Positions 27,915-36,191 of a stretch of 58,764 nt of DNA are shown in pieces. Position 1 is the stretch's first letter. Each line of letters opens with the position of its first letter. The DNA lies in assembly GCA_964383765.1 (NCBI GenBank), contig CAYLHT010000006.1, forward strand, positions 1 to 58,764, written 5' to 3'. This stretch comes from an uncultured Gammaproteobacteria bacterium (GTDB lineage Bacteria; Patescibacteriota; Patescibacteriia; SBBC01; CAIJZX01). The notes under the pieces are model-generated. The model searched no databases. It was not told where the DNA came from and saw only the letters and a list, made by a program, of their open reading frames with translations. The translations under genes and the position numbers were made by a program.

Positions 27915-29141
27915 ATGCGCTGGAGTAATTTTTTTCATCTGTATCAGCCGCCGGCCTGGGACGCGGATATCGTGCGCCGGGCGACTGATCAAGCCTACCG
28001 ACCGTTAGTTGATATTCTGGAACGGCATCCAGACGTTAAGATTACCCTCAACATCACCGCGGCGCTGGTTGAACAATTGACATCGCTTGGCTTGGGTGAT
28101 GTGCTGAAAAAAATGCGGGTGCTGGCTGAGCGTGGTCAGGTTGAGCTCGTGGGCAGCGCCGCTTACCACCCGATTCTCCCGCTGTTGCCCGCGCCAGAAA
28201 TAAATCGGCAAATTGAACTTCAAGACCAGGCTCTCAAGCACGTCTTCGGTGCCGCTTACCATCCCAAAGGTTTCTTTCCGCCGGAGATGGCGTACGGTGA
28301 ACCGCTCGACAAGATTTTGTCAGCTCACGGATACGAATGGGTAATTATGGATGAACCGGCCGCCACCGGCACCGTGGGCGATATCGACTTTACCCATCGG
28401 TACCGCACGCCCAACGGACTTGGTGTCGTCTTCCGCAATCGCCATCTCAGCGATTTCTTGTCCTTCTCGGCCGTCATCGAACAACCCGAGGTCTCAGTCA
28501 AGTCGCTGCAAGGCGACCGACGGAGTCAGCAGTTCTTAATTACCGCCATGGACGGCGAGAATCTCGGCCACCATCGCCCCGGTGTCGATAAACTTTGGGA
28601 AGTCCTCGTCACCTGGCCGGGGGTCAGCACCGCCACCATTTCCGAATATCGAAATGAGCTGAAGCAAGAACGCGTGGTCGACGTGATGGCCTCAAGTTGG
28701 TCATCGCAACCAGATGAACTGCAACGCCATATCCCCTACGGCCTTTGGAATCATCCTGATAATCCCATTCATCAGGCCCAGTGGGAATTAACGTATGTAG
28801 TGATCGAAGCGGTCAACGCTCAAACGAAAAGTCCGGCCTATGATACTGCCCGGCGATTACTCGACCAAGCCCTGACCTCCGACAAATACTGGTGGGCCTC
28901 GGCCTCGCCGTGGTGGGATAGCACCATTATTATTCGCGAAACCCAGCGTTTAGCCGACGTGATTGCCCCCCTAGAAAGCTTACCAGCCTCAACCAAGAAT
29001 AAAGTTGAACGGATTATGAAGCGCGTAGCTTCAACGGTCGAACTCTGGGAAAAAACCGGGCTGGCTAAACAACGTCAACAAACGTATTTGCAACACACCG
29101 GCGCCACGCATTTCATGGGTGGACAACAAGTGACGGGATAA
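27915..29141 (+). CDS. glycoside hydrolase family 57 protein
   Basis: Trimmed to MRWSNFFHLYQPP by comparison with the paralog MYWANFLHFYQPP. AMDGENLGHHRPG catalytic region. Confidence 0.75.
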   Translation: MRWSNFFHLYQPPAWDADIVRRATDQAYRPLVDILERHPDVKITLNITAALVEQLTSLGLGDVLKKMRVLAERGQVELVGSAAYHPILPLLPAPEINRQIELQDQALKHVFGAAYHPKGFFPPEMAYGEPLDKILSAHGYEWVIMDEPAATGTVGDIDFTHRYRTPNGLGVVFRNRHLSDFLSFSAVIEQPEVSVKSLQGDRRSQQFLITAMDGENLGHHRPGVDKLWEVLVTWPGVSTATISEYRNELKQERVVDVMASSWSSQPDELQRHIPYGLWNHPDNPIHQAQWELTYVVIEAVNAQTKSPAYDTARRLLDQALTSDKYWWASASPWWDSTIIIRETQRLADVIAPLESLPASTKNKVERIMKRVASTVELWEKTGLAKQRQQTYLQHTGATHFMGGQQVTG

Positions 29142-29175
29142 GCCTGACTTGATATACTGAGGGCCTACAATATAT

Positions 29176-30543
29176 ATGTACTGGGCCAATTTCCTCCACT
29201 TCTACCAGCCACCGACGCAGAAGAAATACTGGATCGATAAAATCACGGCCGAATCGTACCGGCCCCTGGTTCAGGGTTTGCTGCAGCACCCCAAGGCGAA
29301 GGTCACGCTCAACATCAACGGCGTGCTCGACACCCTGCTCGACCAACACGGCCACCGCGACGTGCTCGACGGTATTCGACAGTTACTCGAGCGCGGTCAA
29401 CTCGAACTAACGGGTTCGGCGATGTACCATCCGCTGCTACCGATGCTGCCGGACGATGAAGTCATTCGGCAAATTGAATTGAACACCGCCACCCACCGCA
29501 AGTACTTCGGCGACCTCTACCAGCCCAAAGGTTTCTTCCCGCCGGAGATGGCGTTTTCGAAGCACGTGGCCGAGATCGTGGCGAAGCTTGGGTATGAATG
29601 GATTATCGCGGATGAATTATCGTGCGCCGATCAACATCGGCAAGTTGACTACAGTAAAATTTACACGGTCGAGGGTTTAGATGATTTTGCTATATACTTC
29701 CGCGAACGTGCCACGAGTTTCAAAATTCTGTCCGGTCAACTCGGCACCGGTCAGTTATTGATTCAGGGTCTCAGTGATCGGTTGAAAAAAGACGAATACT
29801 TGTTGACGGCCATGGACGGCGAAACCTTTGGTCATCACCGCCCGGGTTTGGAATTGTTACTCTTTGAAATTGCCGATTCGCCGCAGATTGAGAATGTCTT
29901 GATTACCGATCTACCGAAGCACTTCACCAAGCGCGAGGCGATTGACCCGCGACCGTCGACCTGGGCCCTGATGGAAAAAGATTTGGAGCGCAACAAACCG
30001 TTTTCGCGCTGGCTCGACGATGATAATCCCATTCATAAAGGCCAGTGGGAATTAACACGGCTCGCGATCGACGTCGTGCACAAAGCTAAGTCGACGACCA
30101 AGGGTTTTTCAGCTGCCCGAGAACTCTTGGACCGCGCGCTCCACTCCGATCAATACTGGTGGGCCTCGGCCCGACCATGGTGGTCGCTCGAAATGATTGA
30201 GCGCGGCGCCAAGGAATTGCGCGACTCAATTTTGAAAACGCCGGGCGTCAGCGCCAGCAACAAAACCAAAGCGCAAAAACTCTACGAGCAAGTCATCTTC
30301 ACGGGTTTTGAATGGCAGCGCGAAGGCATTGTCGAACAACTCGCCCATCAAGAAGACGAACAGATCCGCCAGCAAACCGACCAAGCCGTTCCGCAACTTC
30401 CAAAAAAAGAAATTGACGCGATGGTGGCACGCTTGGACAAAGAACGGGTGCAGTTAGCCGAGCGCCAAGAATACGAACGGGCCGCTCAAATTCGGGATCG
30501 GATTAAAGAGCTCCGGTCGTATGAAGCGAAGCCGAACACGTAG
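29176..30543 (+). CDS. glycoside hydrolase family 57 protein with C-terminal UVR-like coiled segment
   Basis: HFYQPP and AMDGETFGHHRPG motifs. The C-terminal QEYERAAQIRDRIKELR resembles a UVR motif. Confidence 0.75.
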   Translation: MYWANFLHFYQPPTQKKYWIDKITAESYRPLVQGLLQHPKAKVTLNINGVLDTLLDQHGHRDVLDGIRQLLERGQLELTGSAMYHPLLPMLPDDEVIRQIELNTATHRKYFGDLYQPKGFFPPEMAFSKHVAEIVAKLGYEWIIADELSCADQHRQVDYSKIYTVEGLDDFAIYFRERATSFKILSGQLGTGQLLIQGLSDRLKKDEYLLTAMDGETFGHHRPGLELLLFEIADSPQIENVLITDLPKHFTKREAIDPRPSTWALMEKDLERNKPFSRWLDDDNPIHKGQWELTRLAIDVVHKAKSTTKGFSAARELLDRALHSDQYWWASARPWWSLEMIERGAKELRDSILKTPGVSASNKTKAQKLYEQVIFTGFEWQREGIVEQLAHQEDEQIRQQTDQAVPQLPKKEIDAMVARLDKERVQLAERQEYERAAQIRDRIKELRSYEAKPNT

Positions 30544-30557
30544 CGCAACGGGCCGGT

Positions 30558-31619
30558 ATGCCTGAGGGACGCTACTCCATTCTCCCCAGCGCTCCCGAGC
30601 TGATCAGCCGGACGCTCTCCGGTTTGCGCGTTCGACCACACCCCACCTCATTCACCCCGGCCGTCGCCACCCGTCGCCACGCCCGTTATTATATGACCCC
30701 GGTCAGCGACCGGCGCGGACGATTGGCCTGGTTCAAGGCGACGCTCCAACGCACGCCGTGGTTACGGCATAGTTTGCGCGAGGAAATCCGGGTCCAGCGC
30801 GCCTTCGGTGAGTATGAGAAACGCTATCATCCCAACTTCGATTCCCCCTCGTACATCGCGAGTCACGACAATCGCCACGGGTTCGTGTGGTTGCTGCGCA
30901 AATACTGGCTCGGGTTGTTTGCTGGCGACATGGACAAATGGTTTGGCGTCGCCCCGACGTTTTTTCGTCATGTCACCGCCCAGAAGATGGCCGCAGTCCT
31001 GGCTGACGTACGCGCCATGACGCCGTTCATGAAACGCCGCATTGATATGGATGTGCATGATGCCGGTTGGTACCTGCTCGATTTTCACTACTACCGCAAA
31101 CATTTCTTTCCGGATTTTCTCAAGGACAAGCGCAATCCGGGTTGGAAACTTGACGACGTTGATCGACTCGAAGAGATCATCCACAAACACCGAACGTTCT
31201 TATCGACCCATGCCAACTCATTTACCCACGGCGACTTTTATCCAAACAACATCATGTTGCGTCCCGGTGCCACGCGACCCGTCGTATTGTTCGATTGGGA
31301 ATTATCGCACCTCAACTTGCCCACGTTTGATGCGGTCATGATGTATCTCCAGGCGTGGCGGAAACCAACGTGGCAAGCCACATTCCGGACCAGCACTTTG
31401 CGCCACATGGGAAACTCGAAGTCCATGGTCACGGCCTGGAATCTTGCCACCGTATCACTCGCCACCCGACTTGCCGGATTTTGCTTTATTCGTTTGAACA
31501 ATTCTCAACCGGAACGTTATCCCAAATTGCCGGCGGCTCAGCGTCCAACCCTCGAGCGGTTATTTCGGATGCACCTGGCACATTTACAGGCCGCGTACAC
31601 ACAACTGCGCAAATCATGA
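30558..31619 (+). CDS. aminoglycoside-phosphotransferase-fold kinase (possible sugar kinase)
   Basis: FTHGDFYPNNIM (HGDxxxxN catalytic loop) and FDWELS. Embedded in the glycogen cluster. Confidence 0.55.
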   Translation: MPEGRYSILPSAPELISRTLSGLRVRPHPTSFTPAVATRRHARYYMTPVSDRRGRLAWFKATLQRTPWLRHSLREEIRVQRAFGEYEKRYHPNFDSPSYIASHDNRHGFVWLLRKYWLGLFAGDMDKWFGVAPTFFRHVTAQKMAAVLADVRAMTPFMKRRIDMDVHDAGWYLLDFHYYRKHFFPDFLKDKRNPGWKLDDVDRLEEIIHKHRTFLSTHANSFTHGDFYPNNIMLRPGATRPVVLFDWELSHLNLPTFDAVMMYLQAWRKPTWQATFRTSTLRHMGNSKSMVTAWNLATVSLATRLAGFCFIRLNNSQPERYPKLPAAQRPTLERLFRMHLAHLQAAYTQLRKS

Positions 31620-33061
31620 AGATATTATTCGTGGCCGCGGAAGTCGCGCCGCTCGTCAAAGTCGGCGGCTTGGCAGACGTGGTCGGATCACTCCCGCTCG
31701 CCTTACGCGAACTTGGTCACGATGTGCGAGTGGTGATTCCAAGCTACGGCGCGATCGATCGATCAAAACTTTCACTTCGCTCTGGACCGAGCTTCACGTC
31801 TCAAGTTGAAGGGCATCCGCAAACAATCACAGTCTCGCAGACCATGGTTCCACAGTCCGACGTCCCGCTGTATCTGATTGACTTCCCCCCACTCTTTCAA
31901 GACAACGGAGTTTACCCGGTGGGTCAAGCCGTTGAGATTCAGCGCCTCGGACTTCAGCGTTTTGTGATGTTCTCGAGTTTCGTCGCGCAGTGGCTGGCGG
32001 TCAGCGACTGGCAACCCGAGGTGGTTCACTGTCATGACTGGCACGCTGGTTTGGTGCCGATTGCCTTGGCGATTCATCATCAGCCGGTCCACACCATCCT
32101 GACGATTCACAACCTTCACAACCAGGGCGTCTGGAATGCGGCTGAAGTCTGGTCATGGCTCGGATGGCGCGGCGATGAACATCCGCTGCTGGCGGAGCTA
32201 GATCAGCACAATGATCTCAATATTTTGCAATTAGCCATCCATAGCGCCTCCATCGTCAATACCGTTAGCCCGACCTATGCCCAGGAAATCGTAACCGCGC
32301 CCTACGGTGAAGGGTTAGCTGATGACTTAGCCACGCACCGGCCGCCGCTGGTTGGGATTTTGAATGGCCTCGATCAAGTCGCTTATGATCCGAGCCGAGA
32401 TCAGCACCTAGCCGAGCAATACACCATCAAAACCGTCATGACCGGTAAGGCAACCAATAAATCGGCGGTTCAGCAAAAGTTAAATCTTGAACCAGCGGCG
32501 GCCGCACCGTTGTTTGTCGCGATCAGCCGCCTCAGCCCGCAAAAAGGTTTTGATCTTTTTCCACCGGTAATTGATGATATAGTACGGGCTGGAGGCCAAG
32601 TCGCGATTCTCGGTAGCGGTTGGCCCGAAATCGAGGGTGAATTACATCGCTTGGCTGATGACCACCCACGAGCTGTGGCGATTCACTTGGGTTTTGATGC
32701 GGCCCTGGCGCAACAACTATACGCGGCGGCAGATTTCTTCTTAATGCCGTCGCGATTTGAGCCGTGCGGCCTTGGTCAAATGATTGCCATGCGGTACGGG
32801 AGCGTACCGATTGTTCGTGATACTGGTGGACTACATGACACGGTCACCGATCTCCGGCACGACCCGGACCAAGGCACTGGTTTCGTTTTCCCTCGTTTCG
32901 ACGCCGGGGATTTTCGCCAAGCCATTCAGGCGGCTGTACAACTGTATCGCCGACCGGCTACACTAGCTACTGTGATTGGCCGGGACATGCGTCACGACTT
33001 CTCGTGGGCGCGCTCGGCACACGACTACATGAAACTCTATGCCCAAGCCGAAAACGCCTAA
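31616..33061 (+). CDS. glgA: glycogen/starch synthase (GT5), copy 2
   Basis: Trimmed to MKILFVAAEVAPLVKVGGLADV. Its ATG overlaps the upstream stop (ATGA). Confidence 0.85.
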   Translation: MKILFVAAEVAPLVKVGGLADVVGSLPLALRELGHDVRVVIPSYGAIDRSKLSLRSGPSFTSQVEGHPQTITVSQTMVPQSDVPLYLIDFPPLFQDNGVYPVGQAVEIQRLGLQRFVMFSSFVAQWLAVSDWQPEVVHCHDWHAGLVPIALAIHHQPVHTILTIHNLHNQGVWNAAEVWSWLGWRGDEHPLLAELDQHNDLNILQLAIHSASIVNTVSPTYAQEIVTAPYGEGLADDLATHRPPLVGILNGLDQVAYDPSRDQHLAEQYTIKTVMTGKATNKSAVQQKLNLEPAAAAPLFVAISRLSPQKGFDLFPPVIDDIVRAGGQVAILGSGWPEIEGELHRLADDHPRAVAIHLGFDAALAQQLYAAADFFLMPSRFEPCGLGQMIAMRYGSVPIVRDTGGLHDTVTDLRHDPDQGTGFVFPRFDAGDFRQAIQAAVQLYRRPATLATVIGRDMRHDFSWARSAHDYMKLYAQAENA

Positions 33062-34004
33062 AGCTCCACAACCAGAAATCCGGGTCGATTACGTCCACGA
33101 TCGCCAGGTGATTATCGCGCCCGGCCGAGCCAAGCGACCCCACGATGTGAATTTTCCGGCCACCGGTGGTCCGTCCCCACTCTCACCCCAAGATGACACG
33201 TTTAGTCCGGAGCGGTTGAAAGGGGTCAAGGCACTCTTGACTGTCGGTGGACAAAAACCATGGAAAATCAAGGTGATTAAGAATCTATTCCCAGTTGTTA
33301 GCCCGGACTATCCTAAGGCCTACGGCTATCAAGAGGTGGTCGTCGAAACACCGGAATATGGAATTGAGTTGGCGAACCTGTCGGAAGACCATGTGGCGGA
33401 TGTTTTGCGCGTCTACGGTCATCGCGTTCGCGCCATTCAAAAAGACAAAAAAATTCGATACATCCTTGTCTTCAAGAATAACGGCGGGCGGGCCGGCGCA
33501 TCGATCAATCACGCCCACTCCCAAATTTTCGCCTCGGCCTATGTTCCGCCACACATCGTGACCCGCCGCAAACGCGCCCAAGAATATCGGGTGGTCTACA
33601 ACCGTGATTACTACAGCGACCTCCTGATCAAAGAAGAGAATGGTCCGCGTTGGATTGCTTCCGGCAGCCAGGTGTGTGCGCTCACACCATATGCTTCAGT
33701 CTACAACTACGAAGCGTGGATTATGCCCTGGCGTCGCGTGGACAATGTTTCGCAACTCAACGATAAAGAGGTGCGCGAAATGGCGCACTACCTGAAGTTG
33801 CTGCTCGGCCGCCTCAACCAAGAAAACTTGCCGTACAATTTCTACATGCACCAGGTCGTCGGCGACCAATCTGAACACCTGTATTTACGCATTTCCCCAC
33901 GTCGTGATGTCTGGGCAGGTTTAGAGCTCGGTTCGCGCTTGGTTGTGAATAGCGTTTCGCCCGAAGAAGCCGCCAAGTTCTACCAGCAAGCATTCAAGAA
34001 GTAG
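33039..34004 (+). CDS. galT: GalT-like hexose-1-phosphate nucleotidyltransferase (HIT superfamily branch III)
   Basis: NNGGRAGASINHAHSQIF is the HxHxQ motif. Size and layout fit the galactose-1-phosphate uridylyltransferase / ADP-glucose phosphorylase family. Confidence 0.65.
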   Translation: MPKPKTPKAPQPEIRVDYVHDRQVIIAPGRAKRPHDVNFPATGGPSPLSPQDDTFSPERLKGVKALLTVGGQKPWKIKVIKNLFPVVSPDYPKAYGYQEVVVETPEYGIELANLSEDHVADVLRVYGHRVRAIQKDKKIRYILVFKNNGGRAGASINHAHSQIFASAYVPPHIVTRRKRAQEYRVVYNRDYYSDLLIKEENGPRWIASGSQVCALTPYASVYNYEAWIMPWRRVDNVSQLNDKEVREMAHYLKLLLGRLNQENLPYNFYMHQVVGDQSEHLYLRISPRRDVWAGLELGSRLVVNSVSPEEAAKFYQQAFKK

Positions 34005-34013
34005 TTCTCTCCG

Positions 34014-34865
34014 CTATAACGGGCTCTGGATACTTTTCAGTTTCGGGTTTGTCACCTGGGTGTACCGCTGGGTGGTCCGGATATTGTCATGTCCAAGCAA
34101 AACTTGCACATAGCGAATGTCCGTGCCGTTTTCGAGCAGGTGCGTAGCGAAACTGTGGCGCAAGCTATGGAATGTGGCGGGTTTGTTGATCCTGGCTTTG
34201 GCCAGCGCCTGTTCAAAAATCTTTTGGGCCGTTCGGGTCGTCAGCTTGCCGCCCCATTCGCTTGGAAAAACCAGGTCACGTCCTACCCTTCCAGAAATCA
34301 TGCTTTGTAAATCGCCAACTAATTTTTCAGGTAAAACGCTGATGCGATCTTTTCGGCCTTTGGCTTGCTTAATGTGAATCGTCTTTTCCGTGAAATCAAG
34401 GTCTTGAACTTTCAACACTACAACTTCACTAACCCGCAGCCCGGCGCCATAAGCCAGCCCCAGCATCAGCCGGTGTTTCGGATTCGTGGTGACGTCCAAC
34501 ATCCGGGCAATCTCTTCGCGTGACAAAACGATCGGTAAACTATGGCTTCGCTTGGCAGTCTGAATCACAATCGGCACACTTGTGCTTTCAATGTGCCGAT
34601 AGTAAAACTTCAAGGCGCTCAAACACAGGTTGCGAGTTTGTGGGGACGCCCCCCGGTTCTCAAGCGCCAACAAGAATTCCTTAATCCGCGCTTCGGGCAT
34701 ATTCACCGGCACGTCAAACTGAAACGCCAAAAAACCCTTCACAAAATACAGGTAGGTTTTGAGTGTTTTTGGGCTATAATTCCGTAGTCGCAATTCGGCT
34801 TCGGTTTTGTTGAGTTGTGAGTCAAAATTTTCCATAATAAATAAGTGGCTTTCTTGCCACCACAT
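34014..34865 (-). CDS. tyrosine recombinase, integron-integrase-like but short (Xer-length)
   Basis: Catalytic signature GAGLRVSE (R), KGRKDR (K), HSLRHSFATHLL (HxxR), LLGHDNIRTTQRYTQV (H..Y). The motifs are close to IntI1, from my recollection of its sequence (LDFDHGTIIVREGKGSKDR, ITKPATPHTLRHSFAT, LLGHSDVSTTMIYTHV, ...RSPL). Only about 58 aa separate KDR and HxxR. An alternative start is the ATG at 34835. Confidence 0.85.
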   Translation of the reverse strand: MWWQESHLFIMENFDSQLNKTEAELRLRNYSPKTLKTYLYFVKGFLAFQFDVPVNMPEARIKEFLLALENRGASPQTRNLCLSALKFYYRHIESTSVPIVIQTAKRSHSLPIVLSREEIARMLDVTTNPKHRLMLGLAYGAGLRVSEVVVLKVQDLDFTEKTIHIKQAKGRKDRISVLPEKLVGDLQSMISGRVGRDLVFPSEWGGKLTTRTAQKIFEQALAKARINKPATFHSLRHSFATHLLENGTDIRYVQVLLGHDNIRTTQRYTQVTNPKLKSIQSPL

Positions 34866-34913
34866 TTGTCCTAACGCGACCCTAGCACAGCCTCACAAAA
34901 TAAGCAATAATGG

Positions 34914-34954
34914 TATTATTATACGAACCAAGTTCGCATAATAACGAGATAGGC
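34914..34954 (+). other. attI-like site / first junction (G|ATAGGC at 34948/34949)
   Basis: GATAGGC (34948-34954) is the exact complement of GCCTATC, which opens attC-like site 1. It is preceded by the hairpin TATTATACGAAC-caa-GTTCGCATAATA (34917-34943). Confidence 0.6.
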
Positions 34955-35066
34955 GAAATAGTGCCCTTATTGACAGGAATTTAGTTTCTCGATAAGATTC
35001 TGTGTTCTTTCACAACAAATACTTTTAGGAAGCTTGCTCACGTCGCTTGGAAAGGAGGGTGCCACA

Positions 35067-35294
35067 GTGTTCACGACTCAAAGTACGCTTTCGGTGCTCA
35101 CTGGCTTCGGGTTCATCGCCGCCTGGATTTTTATCGGTTTCTTCGGCATTCACCTCTGGGCGGCCTGCTTTTCAGTGCCTCTTACCTACCGCTGGAAAAC
35201 GTGGCTTGCGATCGTTTTTGGACCCCTGACGTTTTGCCTCGTGGTCGTGTGGATCATCGCGGCTGCAGTGGACGATGTCGTCGAAGATCTGTGA
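35067..35294 (+). CDS. cassette 1: small two-TM membrane protein
   Basis: GTG start 7 nt after AAGGAGGG, in frame with ORF 35034..35294. TTGACA-17-TAAGAT promoter-like boxes at 34969-34997. Confidence 0.5.
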   Translation: MFTTQSTLSVLTGFGFIAAWIFIGFFGIHLWAACFSVPLTYRWKTWLAIVFGPLTFCLVVVWIIAAAVDDVVEDL

Positions 35295-35368
35295 ACGCTC
35301 CTTGTTTCCTTTGCGGGAAGGCCTCGCTTTCCCGCTTCCTAAAAGTATTTGTTGCCGCTAGCACAGTA

Positions 35369-35424
35369 TGCACTACCTCGCCTATCAGCGCGTATACGCC
35401 AAATAGGTTCGGCGTATGACGCGC
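35369..35424 (+). other. attC-like site 1 (short simple-hairpin class)
   Basis: GCCTATC-A-GCGCGTATACGCC-aaataggttc-GGCGTATGACGCGC-AAAC-GTTGTAT. One extrahelical G in the 3' arm. Confidence 0.8.
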
Positions 35425-35504
35425 AAACGTTGTATGCCATAGCGAACATGAAGAGATAAGTGCCTCGATCTCGGGGCGCGTGCCCCAAGTCCGAGGCACA
35501 CATG

Positions 35505-36088
35505 TTCGCCACCGCATACAACAGCGGATATGAGACGAAGGAAATCGGGTTTGGTTTTTAGTAAGTGAAAAAATAGCAGGCTTGGTAGCCTGTTATTTCG
35601 CTTCAGTGAAGATAGTTTTTCAGTCGTTAATCTTCTTCGGAATACACATCACTAATTTCTCGCCGAAGATTATCTAATTCATCATACTTTGCCTGTGATT
35701 CTACAGTAACAACGGGGGTGCTTGCGCCAGGCTTGGGCATGATCTTGCTCATTTCTTCATCGAGTTTTTCCACAATTTGTGGCATACGCATATTATCAGT
35801 AACTTCAATAAACTTTGCCGCACGGTCCCGAAAAGCTTTTTTTGATTCTTCCGTCATTGGTCCCCAAGTCCGACCCTCAAAATCTTCCGGCATATATAGT
35901 GACATTATTAGTTAATATATGGGAAAAATAACATGTGCCCACAAATAAAACAAGTGTTCATTGTAGCTTATTGACAATGTAGCAACCAAACCCGATTTCC
36001 TTCGTGCAAATTGCTACCTCGCTCCGGCGGTGGTAAAATTGTACCGCCGGATCGAAACAGCAACTTCTCATATCCGCAAACGTTAGGA
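35505..36088 (+). other. attC-like site 2 (branched class E, carries an ORF in helix-2 loop)
   Basis: ATACAAC-AGCGGATATGAGA...TCTCATATCCGC-AAAC-GTTAGGA. The inner helix CGAAGGAAATCGGGTTTGG / CCAAACCCGATTTCCTTCG encloses 35627..35905. A third hairpin lies around GGCGGTGGTAAAATTGTACCGCC. Confidence 0.7.
35627..35905 (-). CDS. hypothetical acidic protein (92 aa) located inside attC-like site 2
   Basis: AT-rich ORF. A minus-strand terminator hairpin (AATAACAGGC..GCCTGCTATTTTTT) lies at 35558-35587. Confidence 0.5.
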   Translation of the reverse strand: MSLYMPEDFEGRTWGPMTEESKKAFRDRAAKFIEVTDNMRMPQIVEKLDEEMSKIMPKPGASTPVVTVESQAKYDELDNLRREISDVYSEED

Positions 36089-36191
36089 GAAATAACGCCT
36101 CGCTTGTCTATTGACAGACAAGCACATATATGCCAGGGTTCCCTGGCTCATTAAGCTAACCAAAAAAGTGCACTCCTTCAGGAGGTGCGGC

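Noticed and set aside
31355-31615. N-terminal extension of the second glgA ORF (start at 31355), and similar 5' extensions of 20838..21755, 19219..20958, 15909..16370 and 1573..2262
   Set aside because: The extensions overlap the preceding genes or structured sites. Canonical family N-termini begin at internal ATGs, several of which form ATGA overlaps with the upstream stop.
34880-35357. 9-nt direct repeat CTAGCACAG at 34882 and 35347, considered as possible recombinase-binding direct repeats
   Set aside because: A single 9-mer coincidence within about 500 bp is not statistically compelling. The second copy lies inside cassette 1 rather than in the attI-like region.
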